Shown piece after piece: positions 47,560-48,085 of a stretch of 48,085 nt of DNA. Position 1 is the stretch's first letter; every line of letters begins with the position of its first letter. Source of the DNA: Dimorphilus gyrociliatus (lineage: Eukaryota > Animalia > Annelida); contig CAJFCJ010000018.1 of the NCBI GenBank assembly GCA_904063045.1, positions 998,443-1,046,527 of the forward strand, written 5' to 3'. A program made the position numbers and the translations under genes. The notes under the pieces were generated by a model, which searched no databases, was not told the origin of the DNA, and saw nothing but the letters and a program-made list of their open reading frames with translations.

Positions 47560-48085
47560 GTTAGACACATTGAGTCAAACCTCAAAGTATGTAAACACTG
47601 TGTTTTAAATTTTGAATTAATTGAAAATTCCATTTTGTCAAATATTTATTTTTTATAATTGTTAAACTTTTCAATTCTAAAGATGAATAGGATTTTTCAT
47701 ATTGAAAATTTCCATTAATTGCAATTCTTTTCAATTGATGAGTTATGTGATTTATTTTAACAACTTCCGGTCTATTATTTTCATTTAAACATTTGAAATC
47801 ATAGAGAAAATTAAAAGTACAAAATCTTTTTGGATAATCTGTTGAATTTGCAATATATTTTGAGCAGAAAATCTCATCAGAAGCTAATTTGCAGTCAACA
47901 AGATCATTGCATAATTTCCTTGTAGGAAGGAATAAAAGTTCCTGCCTACATTTAAAGAATCCTTCCAGAATGTATGAATCTGTTAAATTATGTCAATTTC
48001 TTAAGGATTTTTGATAAGAGAGCACAACTTTTACTTACCACAATTAAATTCATCATCACCATAGAGACACTGAATGATACCATCA
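47560..48085 (-). pseudogene. LDLa/LRR-start fragment of another GRL101-like paralog, entering from the right edge
   Basis: DGIIQCLYGDDEFNCG|GTAAGT, a 59-nt intron (48038-47980), then GFFKCRQE..LCNDLVDCKLASDEIFC. Same phase-1 intron position as 14645-14705. Breaks down with stops near 47700-47560. Confidence 0.8.

Overview
Strongly AT-rich animal (eukaryotic) genomic DNA with very short spliceosomal introns. The introns I could delimit are 50-73 nt, GT-AG plus one GC-AG. This fits a compact invertebrate genome, probably spiralian (inference only). The window is a birth-and-death neighbourhood of secreted and cell-surface recognition genes: a fucolectin/FTP pseudogene; four discoidin-like family members, two with a farnesoic-acid-O-methyltransferase-like domain; three pieces of GRL101-like LDLa-LRR-7TM receptors, with SRCR/C-type-lectin ectodomain parts; a chitin-binding(x2)-TSP1-C1q(x3) gene; an intact PAN-trefoil-PAN gene; a TRIM pseudogene; a small 7TM pseudogene; and an ITIH-C-like fragment. 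These are interleaved with transposon debris: two mariner copies, two Tc1 copies, FLYWCH/MULE pieces including one element with TIRs and an 11-bp TSD, and two 635-bp solo LTRs each with its own 4-bp TSD. The top leads are: (1) a single in-frame TAG exactly at a conserved TSP1 Trp in an otherwise intact 1.9-kb gene; (2) a small secreted peptide precursor, below the ORF-track cutoff, just downstream of an LTR-derived TATA box; (3) twin same-orientation solo LTRs bracketing the chitin/C1q and PAN-trefoil genes; (4) an unnamed Cys-rich C-terminal module shared by several secreted proteins. All domain calls come from motif recognition by eye, not database searches. No CRISPR array, rRNA, tRNA or prokaryotic features were seen.
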